This document shows positions 47,785 to 56,009 of a stretch of 64,000 nt of DNA, one piece after another. The position numbers and the translations under genes were made by a program. Below the pieces are notes generated by a model. That model was not told the origin of the DNA. It made no database searches and saw nothing but the letters and a program-made list of their open reading frames with translations. This DNA is from an uncultured delta proteobacterium (lineage in GTDB: Bacteria; Desulfobacterota; BSN033; UBA1163). The stretch covers positions 1,777 to 65,776 of the forward strand of contig CAVTZZ010000036.1 of NCBI GenBank assembly GCA_963739325.1, read 5' to 3'. The stretch's first letter is position 1. Each line of letters starts with the position of its first letter.

Positions 47785-48366
47785 TTAAGAGGAGGATTTC
47801 ACTGGGATCTTCGTATGGCATTTCATGCAGGATTCAGGTCCTCCTTGAATCGCCTCTTCATGGCACTCGATACAGGTTAATCTGCGGGGCCGGTTCGTTC
47901 CGGCTTCCATTTTTTCGTGTGCGATATTTCTATGACAATCGATGCATTTCAGCTTTGATTCTTCGACATGGAGCTTATGGGCGATCTTCATATGGTGAGT
48001 TTCTTCTATCTCTTTCCCCGCCACATGTTTATGACAAACAAGGCAATTATCATTGACTTTCTCATCGGCGTAAAAATCTCGGGGAAACAATTGACCGGGT
48101 CTTGCATGACAATTCACACAGGTCACACGGACAGGATGAGTGGCAGAGCGCGACCACATGGAGATACTGCTCTGTCTTGCATGACATGAAAGACAGATCG
48201 TCGGATGGGCAGTCAACGTGTGCCCCACCCAGATCACCAAGATGACTCCTATCAGAGTGAGGATGGGGCCGACACCAAAAATAACCCATTTTGATTTCAA
48301 TAGGAGCATGATGTTTTTGACGTTTATCGTCGACATCAACCATTTTCTCATACTCAATACTTTCAT
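47785..48366 (-). CDS. Membrane-anchored hexahaem cytochrome c (NapC/NirT/NrfH-like)
   Basis: 193 aa. TM helix, then six CxxCH (CLSCH, CVNCH, CLVCH, CIDCH, CIECH, CMKCH). Confidence 0.85.
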   Translation of the reverse strand: MKVLSMRKWLMSTINVKNIMLLLKSKWVIFGVGPILTLIGVILVIWVGHTLTAHPTICLSCHARQSSISMWSRSATHPVRVTCVNCHARPGQLFPRDFYADEKVNDNCLVCHKHVAGKEIEETHHMKIAHKLHVEESKLKCIDCHRNIAHEKMEAGTNRPRRLTCIECHEEAIQGGPESCMKCHTKIPVKSSS

Positions 48367-48378
48367 CGACTCATTCCC

Positions 48379-50634
48379 TTACGCCTTCGAAATTATGACC
48401 AAAGTATCGTTCCAGGCCTCTCCACCACCAATTGGGTCTGAATTTCCCGAGATGATGTGATTGGGTGAGATGCCATTCCCTTCTTTTTCCCACCAGACTA
48501 AATTGGTGTTAGGATCCTTACTCTTGAATCTTTTGGCGCGAGCAATATGTCCATATCCCCAATGACCGAAATTTCTTTCGATAGCGACTACTCTTGGGTG
48601 GATGCCAAAGGTTAAACGAGCATCCGTCACAAACGATCCGGTTTTTGTAGAAATTTTAATACGATCTCCTTCTTCAATATGAAGCTGTCTAGCAACATCC
48701 TTATTGAGCCAAACAGGATTTTGATGTTTGATCTCGGCCAGCCATCGAAAATTTCCTGTTCTTGGTCCCATCACATTCGGTTCAAAAGTCACGAGGACGA
48801 ACTTACCTTTAAGATCTCCATGATCTGGAATAGGTTCATAGGTGGGAAGAGGTTGAAATCCTTTCCTTCTCAAAGTCTCTGAATAAATCTCAATCTTTTT
48901 CGAAGGGGTGTTAAACCCTTTCGACTCATACGATTTGTATCTGGGTTTTACATTGGGATCGAACCAGACTCCATTCTCTTTTAAGTATTTGAAACCCCCC
49001 GCTTTTTCCAATTTCTCAATTCCTGAGGCGACCTTCTTGATATACTCTTCTGTGGAATTGAACTTGAAGTATCGCGGTAGGCTTCCACCGATCCTGTGAG
49101 CAAGCTCTATACAAATATCTGAGATCGGGACAGATTTGCCAAACGGGGGCACGATGGGCTGCTGGAGTCCAATAAAAGGAATCAAGTCCAACGCGGGAGA
49201 TGAATCGATCCTCCAGCTCTCCAAGTAGGTGGCAGTGGGGAGGACGATGTCAGCTAATGCAGCCGTTTCGGTCATATAGTTATCTGCAACCACAATATAG
49301 GGAACCAACTTTTCATTCTTCAATACTTCAGAGGTCAACCCGCTCTCAGGGTTTTTATAAGCAGGATTGGATTCATAAACGAAATAAAATTGGGGGGTTA
49401 ACTTTCCACGTTTCACCATGGAGATAAACTTCTGTGGAGTGACCCTGATCTTTTCCAAATCGAAGGCCTTCTCTTTTTGGGGAGATGGCTTTAAGTCTGG
49501 TTCTTCAAGACGGTAAGCCTTAGGAAGACAATATCCCCCTAGGCTGTCAATACCTCCTACAAGGGTATTCAAAAGGAAGATACACCTTTCATTATAGACT
49601 CCGTTCAAATGGCTACTGACACCACGGCCCGAAATGGCTACAGCAGGCATCGAGAGAGCAAATTCCTTGGCAATCCTTTCGATATCCGATGCGGCAACCC
49701 CGCTTGTCTTCTCCGCCATCTCAGGAGTAAACTGAGATAAGTGCTGTTCGATTGAAGAGATAGGGGTATTCGTCCACTTTTGGATAAAATCTTTATTGTG
49801 AAGATTAGCCTTGACGATGACATGGGCCATAGCCAAGGCTACGACTCCATCGGTTCCCGGGCTGATCGGAAACCATTCCTCGCTATTACCAGCTGTATAG
49901 GATAGCCTCACATCAAAAGTCACTAGCTTGGCCTTCTTTTGCATCCGGCCTTCAATCAATCTTCCTATGAAACCTGTGTAATATTCGTGTGTCTCGTAAA
50001 AATTGGAGCCGAAGTTGAGGATATAATGACTATTCGCTACATCAGGGACTCCCCTTTCCTCCCCCCAGGTAAGCCGTTGACCCCAGTCCCTATTACCAAA
50101 GTTGAGGCTATCCTCATTGAGGATGAGGGTTTTACCAAAGGCTTCCAAGAACCGCTCTATGATGCCATCAGGCTCGTGTTCTGATTGGAAGACGAAGTCC
50201 TCCCTCTTTCCGCTCTGATATATTGCTTTCAATCTGGACGCGATTTCACTATATGCCTTCTCCCAAGAGATCTTCTCCCATTGCCCTTTTCCTCTTTCTC
50301 CCTTCCTGATCAATGGAGAGGTCATTCGATCCGGATCATACGCCATATTCACGGCGGCCAGACCTCTGGCACATAATTTTCCGAGATTGTTGGGATGTTT
50401 TGGATTCCCTCCAATCTTCACCAGCTGATCGCCCTCTAAAAAACCGATGATTCCGCAATGGGCAGGACAAAGTTGGCAGATGCTTGAAATCCCTTTCAGG
50501 GGCTTCCCCGTATGTCGCGATACCTGTTTTCCTCCAAACACCTCCTTGGCATAGGCAGAGAGCCCAAGATAATGCTGGAACAGGAATACCTGCATGCTGA
50601 CCAGACAAAATTTCAAAAAATCGCGACGAATCAT
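48379..50634 (-). CDS. Tat-exported molybdopterin (bis-MGD) oxidoreductase catalytic subunit, Psr/Phs/Ttr/Arr-like; substrate unknown
   Basis: 751 aa. Twin-arginine MIRRDFLKF. N-terminal FS0 motif C-X2-C-X3-C-X27-C (CQLCPAHC...KLC). MopB-type domains and a C-terminal barrel. Confidence 0.88.
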   Translation of the reverse strand: MIRRDFLKFCLVSMQVFLFQHYLGLSAYAKEVFGGKQVSRHTGKPLKGISSICQLCPAHCGIIGFLEGDQLVKIGGNPKHPNNLGKLCARGLAAVNMAYDPDRMTSPLIRKGERGKGQWEKISWEKAYSEIASRLKAIYQSGKREDFVFQSEHEPDGIIERFLEAFGKTLILNEDSLNFGNRDWGQRLTWGEERGVPDVANSHYILNFGSNFYETHEYYTGFIGRLIEGRMQKKAKLVTFDVRLSYTAGNSEEWFPISPGTDGVVALAMAHVIVKANLHNKDFIQKWTNTPISSIEQHLSQFTPEMAEKTSGVAASDIERIAKEFALSMPAVAISGRGVSSHLNGVYNERCIFLLNTLVGGIDSLGGYCLPKAYRLEEPDLKPSPQKEKAFDLEKIRVTPQKFISMVKRGKLTPQFYFVYESNPAYKNPESGLTSEVLKNEKLVPYIVVADNYMTETAALADIVLPTATYLESWRIDSSPALDLIPFIGLQQPIVPPFGKSVPISDICIELAHRIGGSLPRYFKFNSTEEYIKKVASGIEKLEKAGGFKYLKENGVWFDPNVKPRYKSYESKGFNTPSKKIEIYSETLRRKGFQPLPTYEPIPDHGDLKGKFVLVTFEPNVMGPRTGNFRWLAEIKHQNPVWLNKDVARQLHIEEGDRIKISTKTGSFVTDARLTFGIHPRVVAIERNFGHWGYGHIARAKRFKSKDPNTNLVWWEKEGNGISPNHIISGNSDPIGGGEAWNDTLVIISKA

Positions 50635-50650
50635 ATCGTTTCTCCTCCCC

Positions 50651-51565
50651 TCAACTCAAAGGAACGTATTGCCCGCCGAAAACCATCACATATCTCATGA
50701 TGAATACGCCGATGGAGGCCAATATAGCAGCAATCAATAATAAGAGAAGAGATTTCCGTGTCCTCTTAAAAATAATGATGATGGAAGGGACAATGTTCCC
50801 CAAGACATTATCTACCCAGATGTATAAGAAGCTGAATTTACCAAGACGGACAAGCTCCACCGTCTCAAAGGCATCCTCAGTATGGTAATACATCACGGTG
50901 AGGTCAGAAAACACATAGAAGACATTTAGAATCATGAACCCTGCCATCCATTTTGCAAGGAGATCGATGATATTGAGATCCTTCTCCCTCTGCTCCAGGG
51001 TTTTATCGTTATATGTGAAACGGTAACGAATCAACGCTACGATGAGCATAAAGGCCATCCCGGAAATCATTGCCGAGGCCAAGAAGTAAGAAGGCATAAC
51101 AGCGGTGTTCCATAAGACCCTGGCTTTGGCGAATCCTAAGACGAAACCTGTATATCCGTGAACACCAATAGCAGTAGGGAGGCTGATGACTCCGAAAATT
51201 TTTGACCATTTCACATTGTTTTTAAATAAAAAGTAGATATAGATCCCTGTGAAGGTGGGGTAAGCGCAAAGGATGAAAGTTCCCCAACTGAGGGGCGAAG
51301 TGGGATTGAAGTGGAGGAAGAGATACCAGAAACGTAAGGGTTGAAAAAGATCGGTTAAAAGAAAGATAGGGGATATGGAAAAGAGGATGATGACAAATAT
51401 GGCTCCGATCTTCGCCACCGGTTTATATTCATTTTTTCCAAGTAAGGTGGCAGTAATCGACACGATGGAACACCCGGCATGGAGTCCAACGATGTGAAAG
51501 TAGATGGCAATCAACATGCTGACCGCTTCATAATGGAATACATTGTAGAGAACTTGTACTTCCAT
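50651..51565 (-). CDS. NrfD/PsrC-family integral membrane quinone-interacting subunit
   Basis: 304 aa, about 8 TM helices, located between the FeS and molybdopterin subunits. Confidence 0.82.
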   Translation of the reverse strand: MEVQVLYNVFHYEAVSMLIAIYFHIVGLHAGCSIVSITATLLGKNEYKPVAKIGAIFVIILFSISPIFLLTDLFQPLRFWYLFLHFNPTSPLSWGTFILCAYPTFTGIYIYFLFKNNVKWSKIFGVISLPTAIGVHGYTGFVLGFAKARVLWNTAVMPSYFLASAMISGMAFMLIVALIRYRFTYNDKTLEQREKDLNIIDLLAKWMAGFMILNVFYVFSDLTVMYYHTEDAFETVELVRLGKFSFLYIWVDNVLGNIVPSIIIIFKRTRKSLLLLLIAAILASIGVFIMRYVMVFGGQYVPLS

Positions 51566-51582
51566 AATTTTCCCTTTTTCAA

Positions 51583-52275
51583 TTATAATTTTTCATATTC
51601 CGGATGGTAGTAGTGTTTTTCCCATCCTTTTAGCGGATCAGCCACATCCTTGTCCAGGCCAATATAATAGACATTTGGATAGGTAGCCATTTCTTTTTTA
51701 AGAACTTGGACTTTCTCCTTTGAAAGCAGTTGAGACACTTTACTGCTCGGATCCTTCAAATTCCCAAATACCATTGCATTGGTTGGACAGGTCTCCACAC
51801 AGGCCGGTAGAAGTCCAGAATCAACCCGATGAACACAGAAGTCACACTTCTGGATCATACCGGTAATTGGGTTCGCGAATCTCACATTATAAGGACACGC
51901 CGCTCTACAATAGTTACAACCGATACAGCGGTGAGGATCAATCAAAACAATACCATCTTCTTTCCGCTTATAGGCAGCCCCTACTGGACATACAGTATTA
52001 CAGATAGGTCGATCGCAATGGTTACACAGCCACGGCAGGAAAAGAACAGACATTCGAGGGTACCTCGCTTCTTCGGGACGCTCACAGTATGCGCAATCCC
52101 AGGGCAATTTAAGGGTAGCCATTTCCGGGTACGTTCCTTTTTGAATGGTTTTCACCCAAATTCTCCAAACACCGAGAGGGGTCTCATGTTCAGCTTTACA
52201 CGCCACTTGGCAGGCAAAACATCCCACACAACGCTTGAGATCAATCACCATTCCCCATTTAACTTCTTTTTGCAT
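51583..52275 (-). CDS. 4Fe-4S ferredoxin-type electron-transfer subunit (PsrB/TtrB/NrfC-like)
   Basis: CVGCFACQVACK, CNHCDRPICNTVCPVGA, CIGCNYCRAACPYN, CDFCVHR...PACVETCPTNA. These are four cluster motifs. Confidence 0.9.
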   Translation of the reverse strand: MQKEVKWGMVIDLKRCVGCFACQVACKAEHETPLGVWRIWVKTIQKGTYPEMATLKLPWDCAYCERPEEARYPRMSVLFLPWLCNHCDRPICNTVCPVGAAYKRKEDGIVLIDPHRCIGCNYCRAACPYNVRFANPITGMIQKCDFCVHRVDSGLLPACVETCPTNAMVFGNLKDPSSKVSQLLSKEKVQVLKKEMATYPNVYYIGLDKDVADPLKGWEKHYYHPEYEKL

Positions 52276-52302
52276 GAAAATCTCTCCTTGAACAGTAAAG
52301 AT

Positions 52303-53136
52303 TTATTTAACCTTAGAAGTGATTTGATATTTCTTGCTGAGATCCTTATCGAAGGCAACATCTCTCACGGTATTCGAATCAAGATCTACCTCAAAATACC
52401 ATCCCTGGGTCTTATTTTTGACCCTATCTTCCTGAGTTTGATATCGAAAAGTCACAAAATATATGGCGTCACTATAGTGGTAAAAATGTGTCATGATCCC
52501 CGAGGCCTTCTCTATTTCTTTGTCGATATCATCCACCACTTTTTTTGCCTCTTCGGATAGATCTTTTGCTTTAACTATACCTTTACCTCGGGGGACTAAA
52601 TAAAACTGAATGGACACATATTCCTCTTTGAGTCTCTTAATCCTTGAAGCAAAATATTTCGGATCGTTTTCAAGGAGCAATTCGGAAGCTGGACTTCCAT
52701 CTATTAAAAAACCTAAATCTTTCAGTTTGACTAACCCTCTTTTGATCTTCTCCATAGACCCCTTGAAATCATCTATTAATCTGCCCCCGAATCTTTCGGA
52801 ATCATACAATTGACCCGAATGGATGGCACTGTCAGCTTGCCATCCAATGATTTTCACATCCCCTTTAATCTTTTCCGCTATATTTTGGGCATCCCCATAG
52901 ACTTCATCCTTTCCTCTTGCATACTTTTTCGCCAATTCTATCGCCCTCTCTTTTCTCTCCATCTCCGCTTCAAAAAATCTCTTTGTCTCTTTAGAGGGAG
53001 GCTCAACAGGAAACCTATCAAGAACAATCGATTTATAATGGTAAAAAGCCGTAATCTGATAGACAAGAAAAAGGAAAATTGCTATCGCCACTGCCAACAT
53101 TGATATCACTACAATCTTGTTACTTGTCCCCGGCAT
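52303..53136 (-). CDS. Membrane-anchored hypothetical protein, first gene of the oxidoreductase/cytochrome operon
   Basis: 277 aa with an N-terminal TM helix and a Lys/Glu-rich soluble part without Cys/His motifs. It ends 27 nt before the FeS gene. Confidence 0.45.
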   Translation of the reverse strand: MPGTSNKIVVISMLAVAIAIFLFLVYQITAFYHYKSIVLDRFPVEPPSKETKRFFEAEMERKERAIELAKKYARGKDEVYGDAQNIAEKIKGDVKIIGWQADSAIHSGQLYDSERFGGRLIDDFKGSMEKIKRGLVKLKDLGFLIDGSPASELLLENDPKYFASRIKRLKEEYVSIQFYLVPRGKGIVKAKDLSEEAKKVVDDIDKEIEKASGIMTHFYHYSDAIYFVTFRYQTQEDRVKNKTQGWYFEVDLDSNTVRDVAFDKDLSKKYQITSKVK

Positions 53137-53444
53137 CTTGCACCCGTCCCTTTCTGAAAAGGAAGATTCCTTTCTTGAATATTCCTAACCACGTCAATGA
53201 ACTAGGTTAATGTAGAGATAAACTTAACTTAGGTTACTTCTTCGAAAACCCCACCCTTATAAAATAATAACCTTCTATCACCTTTTTATTATTATTTCAA
53301 GAAAAAATATTTTTCCACAAACAAGAGACCGATTGACTTGATTTCAAACTTGAAACTTGGTAAATTTGAAATTAGAAAAATTGGAGGGGTTAGAGTTTTT
53401 ACTTTTTTTTGGTAATTCTTTCAAAGGTTTATATTGGAAGACTG

Positions 53445-54125
53445 ATGGACAAATATTTTTTATTTGATCGTAAATGGCTCCTATTGGGGATTTCAGGCTT
53501 TTGCCTCCTTCTTTTAGGGGGAAAGGCCGATCTTTTTCTCCCCAAAGAGGGAGAAGATCCAATGGAGCGGAGAGAAGAAAGATTAAAAGTATTTCGAGAA
53601 CATAAGGATCGGTTTTTTAAAGAAGACACTCACTCTCCGTTGAAGGAAACTGACCGAAAGAAATTTAAAGGTCTCCTTTACTACCCGATCAATCTTCGAT
53701 ATGCGATGACCGGACCCATTGAACGATATCCGACTGAACCCAAACCCACCTATGTCAGCCTCCCTACCAGTAAAGGAAGGGAAAAAAAATATGTGAAATA
53801 TGGTCGGTTCCGATTTAAATGGGAGGCGAAAGAATATGTACTCCAGATCTACCGGCCTTTGGGAGGTGGGGAACTTTTTCTCCCCTTCAAGGATAAAACT
53901 TCGGGAACGGATACCTATTTGGATGGTCGTTATCTCTTTATCGAACCAATCCCTGGAGGGTCGGAATCGACTCGTACCGAGAAGGTTCTGATCGATTTCA
54001 ATCGGGCCTATAATCCCTTCTGCGCCTACAATGAAAAATATACCTGCCCTTTTGCACCGAAGGAAAATTGGTTGGAGATTACTATTCCAGCAGGAGAGAA
54101 GCATTTCCCACTATCCAAAAAATAA
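53445..54125 (+). CDS. DUF1684-domain protein with signal/anchor sequence
   Basis: FKEDTHSPL, FKGLLYYPIN, YNPFCAYNEKYTCPFAPKENWL and IPAGEK are all DUF1684-typical. The start is placed at MDKYF. Confidence 0.78.
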   Translation: MDKYFLFDRKWLLLGISGFCLLLLGGKADLFLPKEGEDPMERREERLKVFREHKDRFFKEDTHSPLKETDRKKFKGLLYYPINLRYAMTGPIERYPTEPKPTYVSLPTSKGREKKYVKYGRFRFKWEAKEYVLQIYRPLGGGELFLPFKDKTSGTDTYLDGRYLFIEPIPGGSESTRTEKVLIDFNRAYNPFCAYNEKYTCPFAPKENWLEITIPAGEKHFPLSKK

Positions 54126-54179
54126 CTTTTCTTGATTTCATAATATCAATCTGGTAGATAAATCAAAGGTGGGGTTCCC

Positions 54180-55763
54180 TTGAAAATCAGAAGAGTTCCA
54201 ATCCTCTTGGTTGCGGTTCTGTTGATGGGTTTGTCTCAAACACCACTTGGTCAAACTGCACCCAAAGTCCAATTCAGTATCGTTTACACTAATGATGTAA
54301 TGGGTGAGGTCGAGCCCTGTGGGTGATTCAGGAGCCCTCTTGGTGGTATCGCCAAGAAATCGACTCTTATCTCCCAGATAAAAAAAGAGGGGAGAAAGAT
54401 CCTTCTCCTCGACACTGGAAACCTCCTCTTTCGAAAACTTCCTCAAACGGAAACCAAACGAAGAGATGCTCTTCTTCGTGTTGATCTCCTCCTTCAATCC
54501 TATAATGATATGGGATATGATGCGGTCAATGTGGGTGAGAAGGATTTGATGATGGGGCTAAAATTCCTCTCCGATCTGAGCCAAAAGGGCAAATTTCCAT
54601 TCATTTCAGCCAACCTTGTGGATAAAAAGACTCAGAAGGAAGTTTTCAAACCTTTTGTGATCAAAGAAATGGCTGGGCTGAAGATTGGGATTATTGGACT
54701 CCTGGATGACTTATACAACCCAACTCTTCAGGAAAAAGACCCTGGACTGATCATCTTAGAACCTCTATCGAGATCAAAAGCTCTGACTAAGAGCCTTAGG
54801 GAATATTGTGATGTGATCGTCGCCCTCTCCCAATTGGGCGAGTCAAAGGATAAAAAACTGGCCAGAGAAAATCACGAGATCGATCTGATTCTGGGAGGAG
54901 GGGGGGAATCCAAAAGGGCTGTCATTGAAAGGGTGAACGAAGTCCCCATTTATCGAATGGAACCAAGGGGAGGATATTTAGGTCGGATTGACTACTCCTT
55001 GGTCGATGCTAAAAAACCTGTCAAATTTATCATTACCAGTGAACGGGATGAGATGGAAAAGAGATTGGAAAGGTTGATCACCCGGTCAACACAACTTAAA
55101 TCAGAGATAGCGAAATCTGCGAAACAAGATGATATGAAGGTCAAGGAACTGAAGGTCTTGGAATCGAAACAGAAGGAATTGGAGAAGACCCTCTTGGCCT
55201 TCCAAGATAAAAATTTTTATAAACACATTTCGATCCCTGTCCAACTCTCTGTGAAGGACGATCCTAATATCATGAAGGGAGTGGAGATCTACCGAGCCGA
55301 ATCAGCAAAATTATACAAACCAAAAGTGGCGGCCCTGCCAGAAAAAGAGCTACCGGAGAAAGAGATGGTCGCCCGAATTCCTAAAGAGAGCCCTTTTATT
55401 GGAGCGATCTCTTGCAAACGATGCCACGAAACAAATTATCGAAATTGGCTGAAGACCAAGCATGCGAAGGCCTCCCAGACTATCGTCGCCTCTCCTAAAT
55501 ATGCCCAAGAGGAGTGTCTCATTTGCCACTCCACCGGTTATGGAAAGATGGGAGAATATGCCACAGTGGAAGAAATCCCTTTCTTCCTACGAGGGGTACA
55601 ATGTGAAGCCTGTCATGGGGAAGGAAAGGGACATCCTGGAAAGGGAGGAATTGAGAGAAAAGTTACCCTCGGCATCTGCCGAAACTGCCACACCAAAGAT
55701 CAGAGTCCTGTTTTTAATTACGTTGCCTATCTCGAAAAGATCGGTTGTAAAATCTCAAAATAA
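54180..55763 (+). CDS. Secreted degenerate metallophosphatase/5'-nucleotidase-like domain fused to a tetrahaem cytochrome c domain; in-frame TGA at 54324-54326 (candidate selenocysteine)
   Basis: TTG 54180 follows AGGTGGGG. The signal peptide is (M)KIRRVPILLVAVLLMGLSQTPLGQTA, followed by FSIVYTNDVMGEVEPCG-TGA-FRSPLGGIAKKSTLI. This is in the same frame as track ORF 54510-55763. The C-terminus carries CKRCH, CLICH, CEACH and CRNCH. Confidence 0.6.
54338..54357 (+). promoter_or_regulatory. SECIS-like hairpin downstream of the in-frame UGA
   Basis: UCUUGG-UGGUAUCG-CCAAGA starts 11 nt after the UGA, and its apical loop contains GGU. Flanking GAG/CUC could extend the stem across an internal loop. 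Confidence 0.35.
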
Positions 55764-55767
55764 AAAA

Positions 55768-55850
55768 GGGTTCAAGGATTCGAGTCATAGTCTAAGTGTT
55801 TCCTTTTAAGATTTTCACTCGAACCCTCGACCACTTGGCCCCTTGAATCC
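55768..55850. repeat. Stuttered hairpin locus 11, same word family as locus 10
   Basis: GGGTTCAAGGATTCGAGTC opposed to ACTCGAACCCTCGACCACTTGGCCCCTTGAATCC. Confidence 0.7.
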
Positions 55851-56009
55851 TTCCAATTTACTATCCAAGGAATTCCCACCCAATCAGGAAGACGCAGAGA
55901 AGCCCGATGGCCAGCATGGCAAATCCTACGACGGTTGAGAAAAGATCGGCCATTGCACTGGGATATTTATCCCTGATAGGTCTCCAATGTCTTCTCTGCC
56001 AACATACGC

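Noticed and set aside
47765-47821. Longer start (47821) for cytochrome paralogue A
   Set aside because: It would overlap the upstream hexahaem gene by 37 nt and add a non-homologous MPYEDPSEILLLIFYKKLK peptide. The ATG at 47764 gives the N-terminus expected for a single-TM anchor.
51829-52560. 243-aa plus-strand ORF spanning the FeS gene and the upstream hypothetical gene
   Set aside because: It is antisense to the 4Fe-4S ferredoxin gene, whose four Cys clusters are unambiguous, and it crosses an intergenic gap.
54138-54497. 119-aa minus-strand ORF, and 53583-54104 (173 aa, minus)
   Set aside because: They are antisense to the signal-peptide/metallophosphatase-like 5' region and to the DUF1684 gene respectively. 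The plus-strand frames have recognisable domain motifs.
55861-55953. 30-codon hydrophobic ORF downstream of the CbcL-like gene as a confident gene call
   Set aside because: It has only a weak, distant Shine-Dalgarno-like sequence and is too short for any statistical support. It is kept only as a remark under the CbcL finding.
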